From positions 128,074 through 192,073 of the forward strand of contig CBDIDR010000001.1 of assembly GCA_965277895.1 (NCBI GenBank): 64,000 nucleotides of DNA, given 5' to 3'. Origin of the DNA: Flavobacteriales bacterium (GTDB lineage Bacteria; Bacteroidota; Bacteroidia; Flavobacteriales; UBA7312). A program made the translations under genes and the position numbers. Position 1 is the stretch's first letter. Each line of letters opens with the position of its first letter. Under the pieces are notes generated by a model that was given only the letters and a program-made list of their open reading frames with translations, searched no databases and was not told the DNA's origin. Of the stretch, positions 48,584 through 58,193 are shown piece by piece.

Positions 48584-49640
48584 TACTTTTCAATATGTGA
48601 GACTGGGTCAGTACAGAATGTTTGTGTATGAGCTCAAATAATTCAGCTATCATTTGAGGGTCTAAAGTCATGTCCTCGCCCCATTCTTTTCGTGAGCTTA
48701 GGATTTCAAACCATCGTTCAATTTGTAAAATAGTAACTGCATTTTCTTTTTTGTATCTCCCTATTTCTTGGACTATAGCTGTTCGTTGACCTACTATATC
48801 AACTAGTTTTTTATCAATGATATCTATCTCCTGCCTCAATTTATTCAATGCACTTCTAAATTGAGCGTTTGGATGTGTTGAACTTCTTAAAATCAGATTA
48901 TCTAACAATACACCTAATTCTTTAGGTGTAATTTGTTGCTGAGCATCGCTTAAAGCAACAGAGGGCTTGTAATGGGTTTCTATCATCAGGCCATCCATAT
49001 TCAAGTCCATAGCGGTTTGTGAAACCTCTGCTAGCATTTGTGGTGAGCCCGATATATGACTTGGGTCACAAATTATAGGTAAGTCAGGATTCAAGCGTTT
49101 TAGTTTAATTGGCAACTCCCACTTAGGTTCGTTTCTAAATGCAGACTTTTCCAAAGTGAAAAATCCTCTATGAATGGCCGATAGTTTACTGATTCCTACT
49201 TGATTAAATCGCTCTAATGCTCCCATCCATAAACTGAGCTCAGGGTGTAAGGGGTTTTTTACCATCACACTGATATCTACTCCTTTTAGAGCTTCCGCAA
49301 TTTCCTGAACATAAAACGGATTCACGGTTGTTCTAGCACCGACCCAAAGAATATCAATCCCCGCTTTTAAACAAGCCTCAACATGCTGAGCGTTAGCCAC
49401 TTCTGTTGCCACCTTTAGCCCTGTTTCCGTTTGCACCTCCTTTAGCCAAGGCAAGGCTTTTTCGCCTACACCTTCAAAGGAATTTGGACGCGTGCGAGGC
49501 TTCCAAATACCAGCTCTAAAAATAGTCGCTTTATCTACCAAGCCTTTAGCGGTAGTCAATACTTGCTCGCGGCTTTCTGCACTACACGGTCCTGCTATGA
49601 CTAGTGGTTTTTGAAACTGTTGATTTTGTATATCCATCAT
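48576..49640 (-). CDS. Bifunctional 3-deoxy-7-phosphoheptulonate synthase / chorismate mutase
   Basis: N-terminal type I-beta DAHP synthase (VIAGPCSAES..DPSH). C-terminal chorismate mutase II helices (LRQEIDIIDKKLVDIVGQR). Confidence 0.85.
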   Translation of the reverse strand: MMDIQNQQFQKPLVIAGPCSAESREQVLTTAKGLVDKATIFRAGIWKPRTRPNSFEGVGEKALPWLKEVQTETGLKVATEVANAQHVEACLKAGIDILWVGARTTVNPFYVQEIAEALKGVDISVMVKNPLHPELSLWMGALERFNQVGISKLSAIHRGFFTLEKSAFRNEPKWELPIKLKRLNPDLPIICDPSHISGSPQMLAEVSQTAMDLNMDGLMIETHYKPSVALSDAQQQITPKELGVLLDNLILRSSTHPNAQFRSALNKLRQEIDIIDKKLVDIVGQRTAIVQEIGRYKKENAVTILQIERWFEILSSRKEWGEDMTLDPQMIAELFELIHKHSVLTQSHILKSND

Positions 49641-50308
49641 CTATGTCCTTCTAAAACAATTACAAACTCTCCTTTTGGCTCTTTTTCAGTAAAATGAGCA
49701 ATTACTTCAGCTAATGTTCCTCGTATTGTTTCTTCAAATTTTTTACTTATTTCTCTTGAAACTGAAACGCGTCTGTCTAATCCCATATATTCTCCAAACT
49801 GCTGTAAACTCTTTACAATACGGTAGGGTGACTCATAAAAAATCATGGTTTTACTTTCCGTTGCTAAGGCTTTTAATCGTGTTTGACGCCCTTTTTTTTG
49901 TGGCAAAAACCCTTCAAACGTAAATCTATCACATGGCAAGCCAGAATTAACTAATGCTGGTACAAAAGCAGTAGCTCCTGGCAAACAATCCACCTCAATT
50001 TGATTCTCAACACACTCTCTGACCAATAAAAAGCCAGGGTCAGAGATAGCGGGTGTCCCAGCATCAGTAATCAATGCAATATTTTTCCCAGAAGAAATTT
50101 CGTCAGCCCACTTTTTCACTGTCTTATGTTCGTTGTGCATATGATGTGAACGCATGGGAGTAGAAATAGAATAATGTGCTAAAAGTCTAGCACTTGTTCG
50201 GGTGTCTTCAGCTAAAATAATGTCTACTTCTTCTAGCACTCTTGCGGCTCTGTAGGTTAAGTCTTCTAAGTTTCCGATTGGAGTAGGAACGATAAATAAT
50301 TTTGCCAT
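49637..50308 (-). CDS. rsmI: 16S rRNA (cytidine1402-2'-O)-methyltransferase
   Basis: LFIVPTPIGNLEDLT..ILAEDTR..DAGTPAISDPG motifs. Confidence 0.92.
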   Translation of the reverse strand: MAKLFIVPTPIGNLEDLTYRAARVLEEVDIILAEDTRTSARLLAHYSISTPMRSHHMHNEHKTVKKWADEISSGKNIALITDAGTPAISDPGFLLVRECVENQIEVDCLPGATAFVPALVNSGLPCDRFTFEGFLPQKKGRQTRLKALATESKTMIFYESPYRIVKSLQQFGEYMGLDRRVSVSREISKKFEETIRGTLAEVIAHFTEKEPKGEFVIVLEGHR

Positions 50309-50317
50309 TACACAAAT

Positions 50318-51193
50318 TTAAAAGAAAATAGGGTAAAATTTGGTCTCTGGACTGATAATGATTGTAGGAGCTGGGACTTTTATATAATTAAGCCAATGTT
50401 TTACTCGCTTAGCTGTTGGCGTATTCCATTTTTTAAGTACTCTTTTTAAATCGTAATCAAGAGCAATATAAATTTCATTGTTCCCCCCTACTTTGGTGTT
50501 GCGTTCATTTAAATATTGAGTGTCGTCAAGTCCAAAGCCTATTGAAATACCTACATCTATATTATGGTCTTTCAAAGGGTAAACTGAAATCCAATAAGTC
50601 TGATTTACATAATCGTCTTGATAGGCATGTGGATGAGGTGGTGCCCAAGGCTTTTGAGCGATTCCTAAATCCCAATAGTGATTACTTCTTTTATAATAAC
50701 TGAATTTAAAGTCAATGTATTCCATTGGCTCCCAATACCTCTCAGCAACTGGCACTAAAGCACCTATTGATCCTGCTCCAAAATCCCACAAGCTAAATCC
50801 CCAATAGGGCGCGTAAGCGTCTTTCATTTCTATCGCCAATTGTATGAATGAACCCATACCTGCACCATACCAATAAGCCTTTTTTTCTGGGACTCCTGCC
50901 CATTTCAAATTAGAGTGAAAGAAGTCAGATACCAATACCCCCCCAAAGAAATGCCCCCCTTTATCGATGTTTTTGGCGTAACGTAAATCCGAACCATCAT
51001 CAAAATGAAATTCAGTAGACTGGTCACTCCACCAAGAATTTTGCACATAAATATACGATCCGCCTAAAACTGAAGCCCCACTTCCCAAAACTAAAGCGAG
51101 CTTATAGGGGTTAACCTTTGATGTATCGGACTGAGCAAAAGATGATTTTACTACTAAAAATGATAAAAGACAAATAAGAAAATACTTTGGCAT
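50318..51193 (-). CDS. Hypothetical secreted or outer-membrane protein (possibly DUF2279-like)
   Basis: Signal peptide MPKYFLICLLSFLVVKSSFAQ; aromatic- and Gly-rich body. ATG at 51193 preferred over TTG at 51211. Confidence 0.55.
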   Translation of the reverse strand: MPKYFLICLLSFLVVKSSFAQSDTSKVNPYKLALVLGSGASVLGGSYIYVQNSWWSDQSTEFHFDDGSDLRYAKNIDKGGHFFGGVLVSDFFHSNLKWAGVPEKKAYWYGAGMGSFIQLAIEMKDAYAPYWGFSLWDFGAGSIGALVPVAERYWEPMEYIDFKFSYYKRSNHYWDLGIAQKPWAPPHPHAYQDDYVNQTYWISVYPLKDHNIDVGISIGFGLDDTQYLNERNTKVGGNNEIYIALDYDLKRVLKKWNTPTAKRVKHWLNYIKVPAPTIIISPETKFYPIFF

Positions 51194-51215
51194 ATTGTAA
51201 AATAAAATCAATGCT

Positions 51216-51223
51216 TACATTTG
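51216..51223 (+). promoter_or_regulatory. -7 promoter box (TACATTTG) for tdk-alr
   Basis: Perfect TAnnTTTG, 17 nt upstream of the ATG at 51241. Confidence 0.45.
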
Positions 51224-51227
51224 TTTA

Positions 51228-51235
51228 CAAAGTTA
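51228..51235 (-). promoter_or_regulatory. -7 promoter box (TAACTTTG) for the divergent operon 51193 to rsmI
   Basis: Perfect TAnnTTTG on the minus strand, 34 nt upstream of the ATG at 51193. Confidence 0.4.
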
Positions 51236-51240
51236 ATTGA

Positions 51241-51798
51241 ATGTTTTTAGAAAAGAGTAAAGAAAAAAGAGGAAGCATAGAAGTCATTTGCGGCTCTATG
51301 TTTTCAGGCAAGACGGAAGAACTCATTCGTCGATTAAGGCGGTCTGAAATTGCCAAACAAAAGGTAGTAATCTGTAAGCCATCAATAGAAAATAGGTATG
51401 ATAGCGAAAAAGTTGTGTCGCATAACCAAATATCAATTGATTGTAAAACGATAAGTAATGCTTCTGAAATATTAACTTTTTCTGAAGAAGTGGATGTTTT
51501 AGGTATTGATGAAGCACAATTTTTTGACGCTGAATTGGTTGATATATGTAATGAATTAGCTAACAATGGAGTACGAGTTATCATTGCTGCTTTAGATATG
51601 GATTATGAAGGTCAACCTTTTGAGCCAATCCCTCAGTTATTGTCAGTAGCTGATGAAGTAACAAAGGTGAGGGCTATATGTGTTCAATGTGGAAGTCTAG
51701 CTAATTACTCCTACCGAATAGTAGAGAAAAATGAACGTATTCTGCTAGGCGAAAAGAATGAGTACGAAGCAAGGTGTAGAAATTGTTATAAAAAGTAA
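51241..51798 (+). CDS. tdk: Thymidine kinase
   Basis: P-loop [18 protein letters not shown], and C-terminal zinc ribbon CVQCG..CRNC. Confidence 0.93.
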   Translation: MFLEKSKEKRGSIEVICGSMFSGKTEELIRRLRRSEIAKQKVVICKPSIENRYDSEKVVSHNQISIDCKTISNASEILTFSEEVDVLGIDEAQFFDAELVDICNELANNGVRVIIAALDMDYEGQPFEPIPQLLSVADEVTKVRAICVQCGSLANYSYRIVEKNERILLGEKNEYEARCRNCYKK

Positions 51799-52880
51799 TG
51801 GCACATATTAACGAGACCGTATTGTATGTTAATCTCAAAACACTTGAAGAAAATTTCAAGTATTTAAAAAGTAAGCTATCAAAGGATAATAAAATAGTTG
51901 CTGTAATAAAGGCATATGCTTATGGTCTTGGTGATATCGAAATTGCTAAAAAGCTAGAAGACTTAGGTGTTGATGCGTTTTGGGTAGCCGATTTTGATGA
52001 AGGGGTACAACTTAGAAATGCAGGTATAAAACCACCTATTATTGTAGCAAATCCAGGCTCAAAAAGTATGGATGTTGTTTTAAAAAATAACTTAGAGCCC
52101 GTAATCTTTAATCATAGGATGTTAGATTTATATTCTACTGCTCATTCTAATGTAAACATTCATTTAAAGTTTAATACTGGAATGAATAGATATGGATTTG
52201 AAGCAGAGGATGTAAATCTAGTTTTGGAAAAAATCAATCAACATCCAAATTTAAAACTAAAAAGTATTTGCTCTCATCTATCATCGTCTAACGACCCAAA
52301 TGAAGATGAGTTTAGCAATGGTCAAATAGAACTGTTTAATTCTATTAGTGATACTGTAAATACTTTTTTCAATACTGACATCCCAACACACATAGTAAAC
52401 AGTAATGGTGCATTACGCTTTTCAATAAATTCTTCTGATTGGGTAAGACTAGGCATCTCCTTATTTGGTGGTTTGTACCATAATGAATTACAGCAAATTT
52501 TCACCCTAAAAAGTGTAATAAGTCAAATTAGAAGCATAAAAGAAGACGATTGTGTTGGCTACCAAAATTCGTTTATCGCTAAAGAAAAAATGAAAATTGC
52601 CGTCGTGCCTATGGGCTACGCCGATGGCCTAAACCGTAAACTTGGAAACTCAAGGGGACATGTATTAATCCACAATAAAAAATGCCCAATAATTGGCGAT
52701 ATCAGTATGGATAGTTTTATTGCTGACATCTCTGGCGTAATGGTTGAAGAAGGCGATGAAGTGGTTATATTTAGTCCTGAACATTCGGTGTCTCTGTTAG
52801 CCAATGAGCTAGAAACCATTCCATATGAAATTATGGCAACGCTTAATAGACGTATAAAGCGTATCTATTTAAATGAGTAA
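51798..52880 (+). CDS. alr: Alanine racemase
   Basis: AVIKAYAYGLG PLP-lysine motif; 360 aa; C-terminal YEIMATLNRRIKR. Confidence 0.9.
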   Translation: MAHINETVLYVNLKTLEENFKYLKSKLSKDNKIVAVIKAYAYGLGDIEIAKKLEDLGVDAFWVADFDEGVQLRNAGIKPPIIVANPGSKSMDVVLKNNLEPVIFNHRMLDLYSTAHSNVNIHLKFNTGMNRYGFEAEDVNLVLEKINQHPNLKLKSICSHLSSSNDPNEDEFSNGQIELFNSISDTVNTFFNTDIPTHIVNSNGALRFSINSSDWVRLGISLFGGLYHNELQQIFTLKSVISQIRSIKEDDCVGYQNSFIAKEKMKIAVVPMGYADGLNRKLGNSRGHVLIHNKKCPIIGDISMDSFIADISGVMVEEGDEVVIFSPEHSVSLLANELETIPYEIMATLNRRIKRIYLNE

Positions 52881-54046
52881 TAGGTAAAGGCAAAAGATAA
52901 GTAGGCATATAATACTGCCGAATTATGATTCTGAAAATAGGTGTCAAACATCATAATTACCAAAAACATTATTGGCATTATAATCCTGAGTTTCCCTAAT
53001 GGCTTTTTATATACTTCTCTAATTTGAAAATAAAATATTGAGATAAATGATAATAAACCTATCAATCCTAGCTCAAACCAAATAAACAAATAATTGTTGT
53101 GGGGTGTTTTATGTAAATCCCCCTCAAGAATTTTAGCAGCATGCTCACTAATAGACGAAAACTCTTGGACGAAACTACCTGTTCCGAAACCTATTATAGG
53201 TCTTTCTTTCACCTTATCTAAAGCATATTTAAAAAGGAAATAGCGTGTATTCAAAGAGTTAGTACTTTCCTCATCCAGCTGTTGACTATGTGCTAATGAA
53301 CTTTTAATTCTTTGATTAAAGGTCGAAGAAAAATTATAAGACAAAAGGACTATTGAAATAATAGAAAGAAATGAAATAGCTAGCCACAGCTTTTTATTCC
53401 AAAAAGTAATAATTAAAAATAGAGTTGTGCCAATAAGAAATGCTATTTGACCCGCTCTTCCCTTCTCAGTAAAAAGGCTTAGCACACATACTATTACAAC
53501 TAGTGTAATTGGAAGAAATTGACGCTTGTCTTTCAATGAATAAAGACCATAAATCAAACACAGTAAAATTGTAAATGCCAAAAAAACATTGTGGTCTGTA
53601 TAAGTCATAAAAGCAGGATTGCTCCAGCTTTTGGCAAAAATATCAGAATACTTAAAGAGGTGTTTTATCCATTTTAAATTAATCAATAATGCTACCACTG
53701 AGGACAGTGTCATTGAAAGCACAAAAGCATAAAGTGAATGTCTTATTTGCTTATCAGAAAAGTCAAAGGAGTATAAAATGGGTAGTAATAACAGAATAGC
53801 ACTTTTTTGAAGAATCCAACTGCCATTTGAATGGTTTGTACCCCATAGCATTCCCAACAGATAAACAGCAAAAAGAACAACTAAAGAGAGCATCCATTTG
53901 CTGCCCTTTATTTTTTGCCACTTCACGGAAAAATTTCCGTCAACAAGCCAAAGTAAGGCTAAAGCAAAGACCAAAACATCAGTAACAAAAATTGAAATTG
54001 GAAGAAAAAAAGCAAGTGATATTAATAGAATGCCTTTAAGTTTCAT
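52865..54046 (-). CDS. O-antigen ligase / O-antigen polymerase family membrane protein
   Basis: Polytopic, about 11 TM segments, with a Wzy_C-like loop (EKGRAGQIAFLIG). The 3' end overlaps alr by 16 nt. Confidence 0.75.
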   Translation of the reverse strand: MKLKGILLISLAFFLPISIFVTDVLVFALALLWLVDGNFSVKWQKIKGSKWMLSLVVLFAVYLLGMLWGTNHSNGSWILQKSAILLLLPILYSFDFSDKQIRHSLYAFVLSMTLSSVVALLINLKWIKHLFKYSDIFAKSWSNPAFMTYTDHNVFLAFTILLCLIYGLYSLKDKRQFLPITLVVIVCVLSLFTEKGRAGQIAFLIGTTLFLIITFWNKKLWLAISFLSIISIVLLSYNFSSTFNQRIKSSLAHSQQLDEESTNSLNTRYFLFKYALDKVKERPIIGFGTGSFVQEFSSISEHAAKILEGDLHKTPHNNYLFIWFELGLIGLLSFISIFYFQIREVYKKPLGKLRIIMPIMFLVIMMFDTYFQNHNSAVLYAYLSFAFTYYSFK

Positions 54047-55707
54047 TACTCTATACTATCTCCTACTAGAATGGCATTGTATTTTTCTAGATCATTTAAA
54101 ACATTGATTGCTTCTGCCAACTCTTCATCGTGTTTTAAGGTCGCTTCTATCTTTCCTTTTTGATAATAATATCTTGTGGCTATTTCTGCTTCCAATACTT
54201 CAGTAATTTCATCTCTAAAACGTTCGATATCATTATTCTTACTTTGTTCCATTTTAAGAGTAAGAGCTTCTAATTCTTCTTCTAAGTCTTCTAAATACTT
54301 TTCTTTTTCAGCATCTTTTTTTATGGAACTTATCGTCTTTTCTGTTTTGGTTTCATACTCATATTCCTTGTCGTTAAGGAACTGTTTGAAATTGTCATAT
54401 ATAGCATCTGTAACTACAAATGTTTTAGCAGATGATATACTATCGTTATTACTTCTAAAACTATTGGCAAAGTTGAAAATATGTCTTTTGCTAATAATAC
54501 TTCTTAAGATATTACTGTACTTGTGAGGTTCAATTTCTATGTCTGGAGTTATTCCACCTCCATCGTATACCGTTCGCTTATTTACTAAGGTTTTGAATTC
54601 AGTACGTAAGCTATCTGGGGTTTTCCCAACACTACCGTCTTCATCCCGATTAGAATAGTCAAGTGCTTGAATACATCTTCCACTTGGGATATAATACTTC
54701 GCGGTTGTTACCTTAAGTTGTGCGTTGTAACTTAGTTTTCGTGTTTGCTGAACAAGCCCTTTGCCGAAGCTTCTTTGACCCAATACTACGCCTCTATCAA
54801 GGTCTTGAATGGCACCAGATACAATCTCAGATGCCGAAGCAGAACTTCTATTTATTAAAACCACCAAAGGCATAGAAGTATCTAGGGCGGTACTTCTAGT
54901 TTTGTAGCTTTTATCCCATTCTTTTACCTTTCCTTTCGTAAAAACAATTTCTTGTCCCTGGTCTATAAATAGATTTGACATTTTTATTGCTTCATTAAGA
55001 AGTCCACCTGGGTTGCTTCTCAAGTCAAGGACTAGGCCTTTTAACTGATTATCCGAATTTAATTCATTGTAGGCGTCACTTACTTCTTTTGAGATATTTC
55101 TAGTAAAAGAACGCGTTTTAATATATCCAATGCTATCGGAAACCATTCCGTAATATGGTACTGAGTTTAATTTGATTTCCTGACGAGTAATTTCGACTTC
55201 AAATGGTTTTTTTACGCCTTCTCGTTCTATAAGAACTCTAACTGATGTGTTTGGTTCACCTTTTAATACTTTGCTAACATCCTCAGTGGATTTGCCTTCA
55301 ACTGATTTACCAGCTATTTCTACAAATTTATCACCAGCAATTAATCCTGCTTTGTCAGCGGGGAAACCTTCATAGGGTTCGCTGACATAAACCCAATCGC
55401 CATTTTTTGTGATAACTGCTCCTATACCTCCGTACTGACCAGTTGTCATAAATTCAAAGTCTTCCTTTTCAGACTCAGGAATATATGTTGTGTAAGGGTC
55501 TAATGATTCTAGCATAGCATCTATAGCCGTTTTCATCAAATCACCAGAGTCCGTTTCATCAACATAATATATGTTTAGCTCCTTGTATAGAGAACTAAAA
55601 ATGTCAAGGTTTTTAGAAATCTCAAAGTAATTGTCTACAAAGCCAACAGAGAAAATTGAGGCAAAAGACAACAATAATATTAAGGCGTATTTTTTTATTT
55701 TTTTCAT
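54046..55707 (-). CDS. S41 family C-terminal processing peptidase
   Basis: PDZ segment (AGLIAGDKFVEIAG), LDLRSNPGGLL, NRSSASASEIVSGA, and a C-terminal Glu/Lys-rich helical tail. Confidence 0.88.
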   Translation of the reverse strand: MKKIKKYALILLLSFASIFSVGFVDNYFEISKNLDIFSSLYKELNIYYVDETDSGDLMKTAIDAMLESLDPYTTYIPESEKEDFEFMTTGQYGGIGAVITKNGDWVYVSEPYEGFPADKAGLIAGDKFVEIAGKSVEGKSTEDVSKVLKGEPNTSVRVLIEREGVKKPFEVEITRQEIKLNSVPYYGMVSDSIGYIKTRSFTRNISKEVSDAYNELNSDNQLKGLVLDLRSNPGGLLNEAIKMSNLFIDQGQEIVFTKGKVKEWDKSYKTRSTALDTSMPLVVLINRSSASASEIVSGAIQDLDRGVVLGQRSFGKGLVQQTRKLSYNAQLKVTTAKYYIPSGRCIQALDYSNRDEDGSVGKTPDSLRTEFKTLVNKRTVYDGGGITPDIEIEPHKYSNILRSIISKRHIFNFANSFRSNNDSISSAKTFVVTDAIYDNFKQFLNDKEYEYETKTEKTISSIKKDAEKEKYLEDLEEELEALTLKMEQSKNNDIERFRDEITEVLEAEIATRYYYQKGKIEATLKHDEELAEAINVLNDLEKYNAILVGDSIE

Positions 55708-55725
55708 TAATCTAAAATATTAAAA

Positions 55726-55947
55726 TTAAGGAACTGGATCATGTCCATGCCCTCCCCAAGGGTGGCAAGTGCTTAATCGTTTCAGCGTTAGCCACATCCC
55801 TTTAAAAGGTCCATGTTTGTCAATAGCTTGAAGACCATATTCAGAACAGCTAGGGGTGTATCTGCACCTAGGAGAAAACAATGGTGAAATTGCTCCTCTA
55901 TAAAGCATAATTAGAGCCCGAAAAATAACTGAAAATAATCTCCTCAT
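55726..55947 (-). CDS. yidD: Membrane protein insertion efficiency factor
   Basis: [27 protein letters not shown], the canonical YidD pattern. Confidence 0.92.
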   Translation of the reverse strand: MRRLFSVIFRALIMLYRGAISPLFSPRCRYTPSCSEYGLQAIDKHGPFKGMWLTLKRLSTCHPWGGHGHDPVP

Positions 55948-56321
55948 ACCTGTTCAGCTAAACGTTGTAAAGTTACACTTATTTTATCTTCTATCTCAGA
56001 CATTGACATTATGTTTGACTGTGAATAAATAAGCATAAGGTGTAATTTTACGTCTTTTGCTTCTAGGGGTTGCTGAACAATGGTCTTATTTTTACGAAAA
56101 GCTTCTCTTACTAATCGTTTGATTTTGTTTCGGTCTGTTGCATTAGGGATTTTCTTTTTGGGTACACTAACAGCCATCTTTAGGGTAGAATCTGAATTAG
56201 AATCTACTTTCCAAATAACATTAAAAGGATACTCAAAAAAGCGATTGCCCTCTGAAAATAAAGACTCTATTTCAACTTTGTTTTTTAGCCTTTCTTTTTT
56301 ACTAAAACTGAATAAGGCCAT
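55944..56321 (-). CDS. rnpA: Ribonuclease P protein component
   Basis: 125 aa, basic; [21 protein letters not shown] (RNR motif). Located upstream of yidD. Confidence 0.88.
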   Translation of the reverse strand: MALFSFSKKERLKNKVEIESLFSEGNRFFEYPFNVIWKVDSNSDSTLKMAVSVPKKKIPNATDRNKIKRLVREAFRKNKTIVQQPLEAKDVKLHLMLIYSQSNIMSMSEIEDKISVTLQRLAEQV

Positions 56322-56333
56322 AATAAAAAGGTT

Positions 56334-57089
56334 CTAACGCTTATTGGCAGTTTTAATGTACTGCTCTAATGCCATTGTCATGGATGGATACTCTGGGCTT
56401 GGAGCCTTTATATTTAAGGTCAAACCTGCATCTGCCACCGCCTTCGATGTTGTGGGCCCAAAAGCAGCAATTCGAGTATTGTTTTGCTTGAAGTCAGGGT
56501 AATTTTGATAAAGAGATTTAATTCCTGACGGACTGTAGAACACCAAAATATCATAAAACACATTTTCCAAATCCGAAAGGTCACTGCAAACTGTGTTATA
56601 CATAACAGCTTTTGTAAAATCGAAACCATTTTCAGCCAAAAATTCAGGAATACTATCTTTTAAGATGTCAGAACACGGCAAAAGAAATTTACTGTCCTTA
56701 TTTTTCTTGAACACTGGGTGAAGGTCTTCTATCTTTTGTTTACCAATGAATACTTTTCTTTTTCTGTAAGTGATGTATTTCTGCAGGTAGTAGGCGATGG
56801 CTTCAGAAACACAGAAGTATTTCATTTCTTCAGGAACAGTAATTCTAGTAGCCTCACACATTCTAAAGAAGTGATCCATGGAGTTCTTGCTTGTAAAAAT
56901 AACAGCATCGTGACTCAAAATACTTATCTTTTGTTGACGAAATTCCTTTGCTGTCAGGCCTTCAACATGAATGAATGGTCTGAAGTCAATCTTGACGTTA
57001 CATCTTTTAGCTAAACTAAAATAAGGCGACTTGTCTGACTCAGGTTTTGGTTGGGAGACCAAAATAGTTCTAACTCTATTCTCTTTCAA
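56334..57089 (-). CDS. hemD: Uroporphyrinogen-III synthase
   Basis: ILVSQPKPESDKSPYFSLAKRCNVKIDFRPFIHVEG resembles Bacteroidota HemD. The only in-frame start near the N-terminus is the TTG at 57089. Confidence 0.75.
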   Translation of the reverse strand: MKENRVRTILVSQPKPESDKSPYFSLAKRCNVKIDFRPFIHVEGLTAKEFRQQKISILSHDAVIFTSKNSMDHFFRMCEATRITVPEEMKYFCVSEAIAYYLQKYITYRKRKVFIGKQKIEDLHPVFKKNKDSKFLLPCSDILKDSIPEFLAENGFDFTKAVMYNTVCSDLSDLENVFYDILVFYSPSGIKSLYQNYPDFKQNNTRIAAFGPTTSKAVADAGLTLNIKAPSPEYPSMTMALEQYIKTANKR

Positions 57090-57130
57090 AAAGAAACGTT
57101 TTTAAATTATAAACAGCACCGCCACAAAGC

Positions 57131-57760
57131 CTAACCAAGGTTTTTTGATAAGATTATTAACGGTAGAATTTCAAGTGTGCAAAGATATATAATTATATGT
57201 GCTTTAGAAAATGATGAGTTAAAAAAACTCAAATAAGCCATTCTAACAATCTTGTAAATTGTAAATGAAACAAGAAATATATAGATACTATCTAGCAACA
57301 AGCCTTGCGAAATACTACTGTAAAACAATAGTAAAAGAAAAGGGGAAACAACAATGCCAGCTACTCGTTCATATAGAAATGATTGAAAAATTATTTCTTC
57401 AAACTGATATTTTTTCTGAAAAATGTATGCTAACCAGACTAAAAATAAATACTTAAAAAAGAGAAAAGAGATAATCCAGCTAAAATGGTAAATAAAAGAA
57501 TCTATAGAAAAGGGCTGAGCAACAACGTACATGGATAAAAAAGCGGCAAAAAGCGGTAATAAATACAGTTTACTTGAAGATCTAGACTCTTCTCTTAAAA
57601 ACTGATTGGCATGTTTTTGACTAAATGGAGCTTTGAGTATTAAAACAAAGCTTGAGAAATAATTATACTTCAGAAAGGCTAAGTATGAAAAAAAGAATAA
57701 AAAAAGAATAAAAACCCACTCTTGCCTAGTAGTATTATAAACGTCTGCTATTAAATCCAT
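57131..57760 (-). CDS. Polytopic membrane protein (DUF4271-like)
   Basis: 209 aa with about six hydrophobic spans. As I recall, this family sits upstream of hemD in many Bacteroidota. Confidence 0.6.
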   Translation of the reverse strand: MDLIADVYNTTRQEWVFILFLFFFSYLAFLKYNYFSSFVLILKAPFSQKHANQFLREESRSSSKLYLLPLFAAFLSMYVVAQPFSIDSFIYHFSWIISFLFFKYLFLVWLAYIFQKKYQFEEIIFQSFLYERVAGIVVSPFLLLLFYSSISQGLLLDSIYIFLVSFTIYKIVRMAYLSFFNSSFSKAHIIIYLCTLEILPLIILSKNLG

Positions 57761-58117
57761 CTATTCAATATAGCCGTCATTAATCCAAGCAATTAAAAGG
57801 TCTTTATCAATCTGGGAAAGCTCACCATTTGGAGGCATCTTATAAAATTCCTCATCGGAATTAAGCCTATCAATCATGGTGTTATCTAGATTATCTAAAT
57901 AAGAACTAAGATTAGCGTATGATGTAAAATCCGCTATATAGGCATTTTGAGCTGTGGCATGGCATTGCACGCAGTTATTATCAACAATACTTTTTATGGA
58001 AGCGTAGGTGATTATAGTTTGAGGTTCAGGAGTTACTATTGGCTCAGGCATTTCTTCCTTTTTGCAAGAAGAAATTACAAGAAGTAACACAAAAAAGGTA
58101 AAAATCGTTTTTTTCAT
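57761..58117 (-). CDS. Small lipoprotein with a single CxxCH haem-binding motif (cytochrome c-like)
   Basis: Lipobox VISSC, CVQCH motif, and KMPPNG supplying a likely Met axial ligand. Its stop codon abuts the next gene's start. Confidence 0.65.
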   Translation of the reverse strand: MKKTIFTFFVLLLVISSCKKEEMPEPIVTPEPQTIITYASIKSIVDNNCVQCHATAQNAYIADFTSYANLSSYLDNLDNTMIDRLNSDEEFYKMPPNGELSQIDKDLLIAWINDGYIE

Positions 58118-58163
58118 CTGATGGATTTTATTGCAATTTAGCCATTTATCATAAATTATTCAA

Positions 58164-58171
58164 TAATTTTG
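58164..58171 (+). promoter_or_regulatory. -7 promoter box (TAATTTTG) for the acyl-CoA dehydrogenase gene
   Basis: Perfect TAnnTTTG, 22 nt upstream of the ATG at 58194. Confidence 0.45.
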
Positions 58172-58193
58172 TACTCACTTAATATAAAACACT

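Noticed and set aside
51225-51584. 119-aa ORF antisense to tdk
   Set aside because: Shadow ORF. tdk on the plus strand has unambiguous P-loop and zinc-ribbon motifs.
54176-54526. 116-aa ORF antisense to the S41 peptidase 3' region
   Set aside because: Low-complexity Ser/Leu-rich mirror image of the Glu/Lys-rich helical tail of the peptidase.
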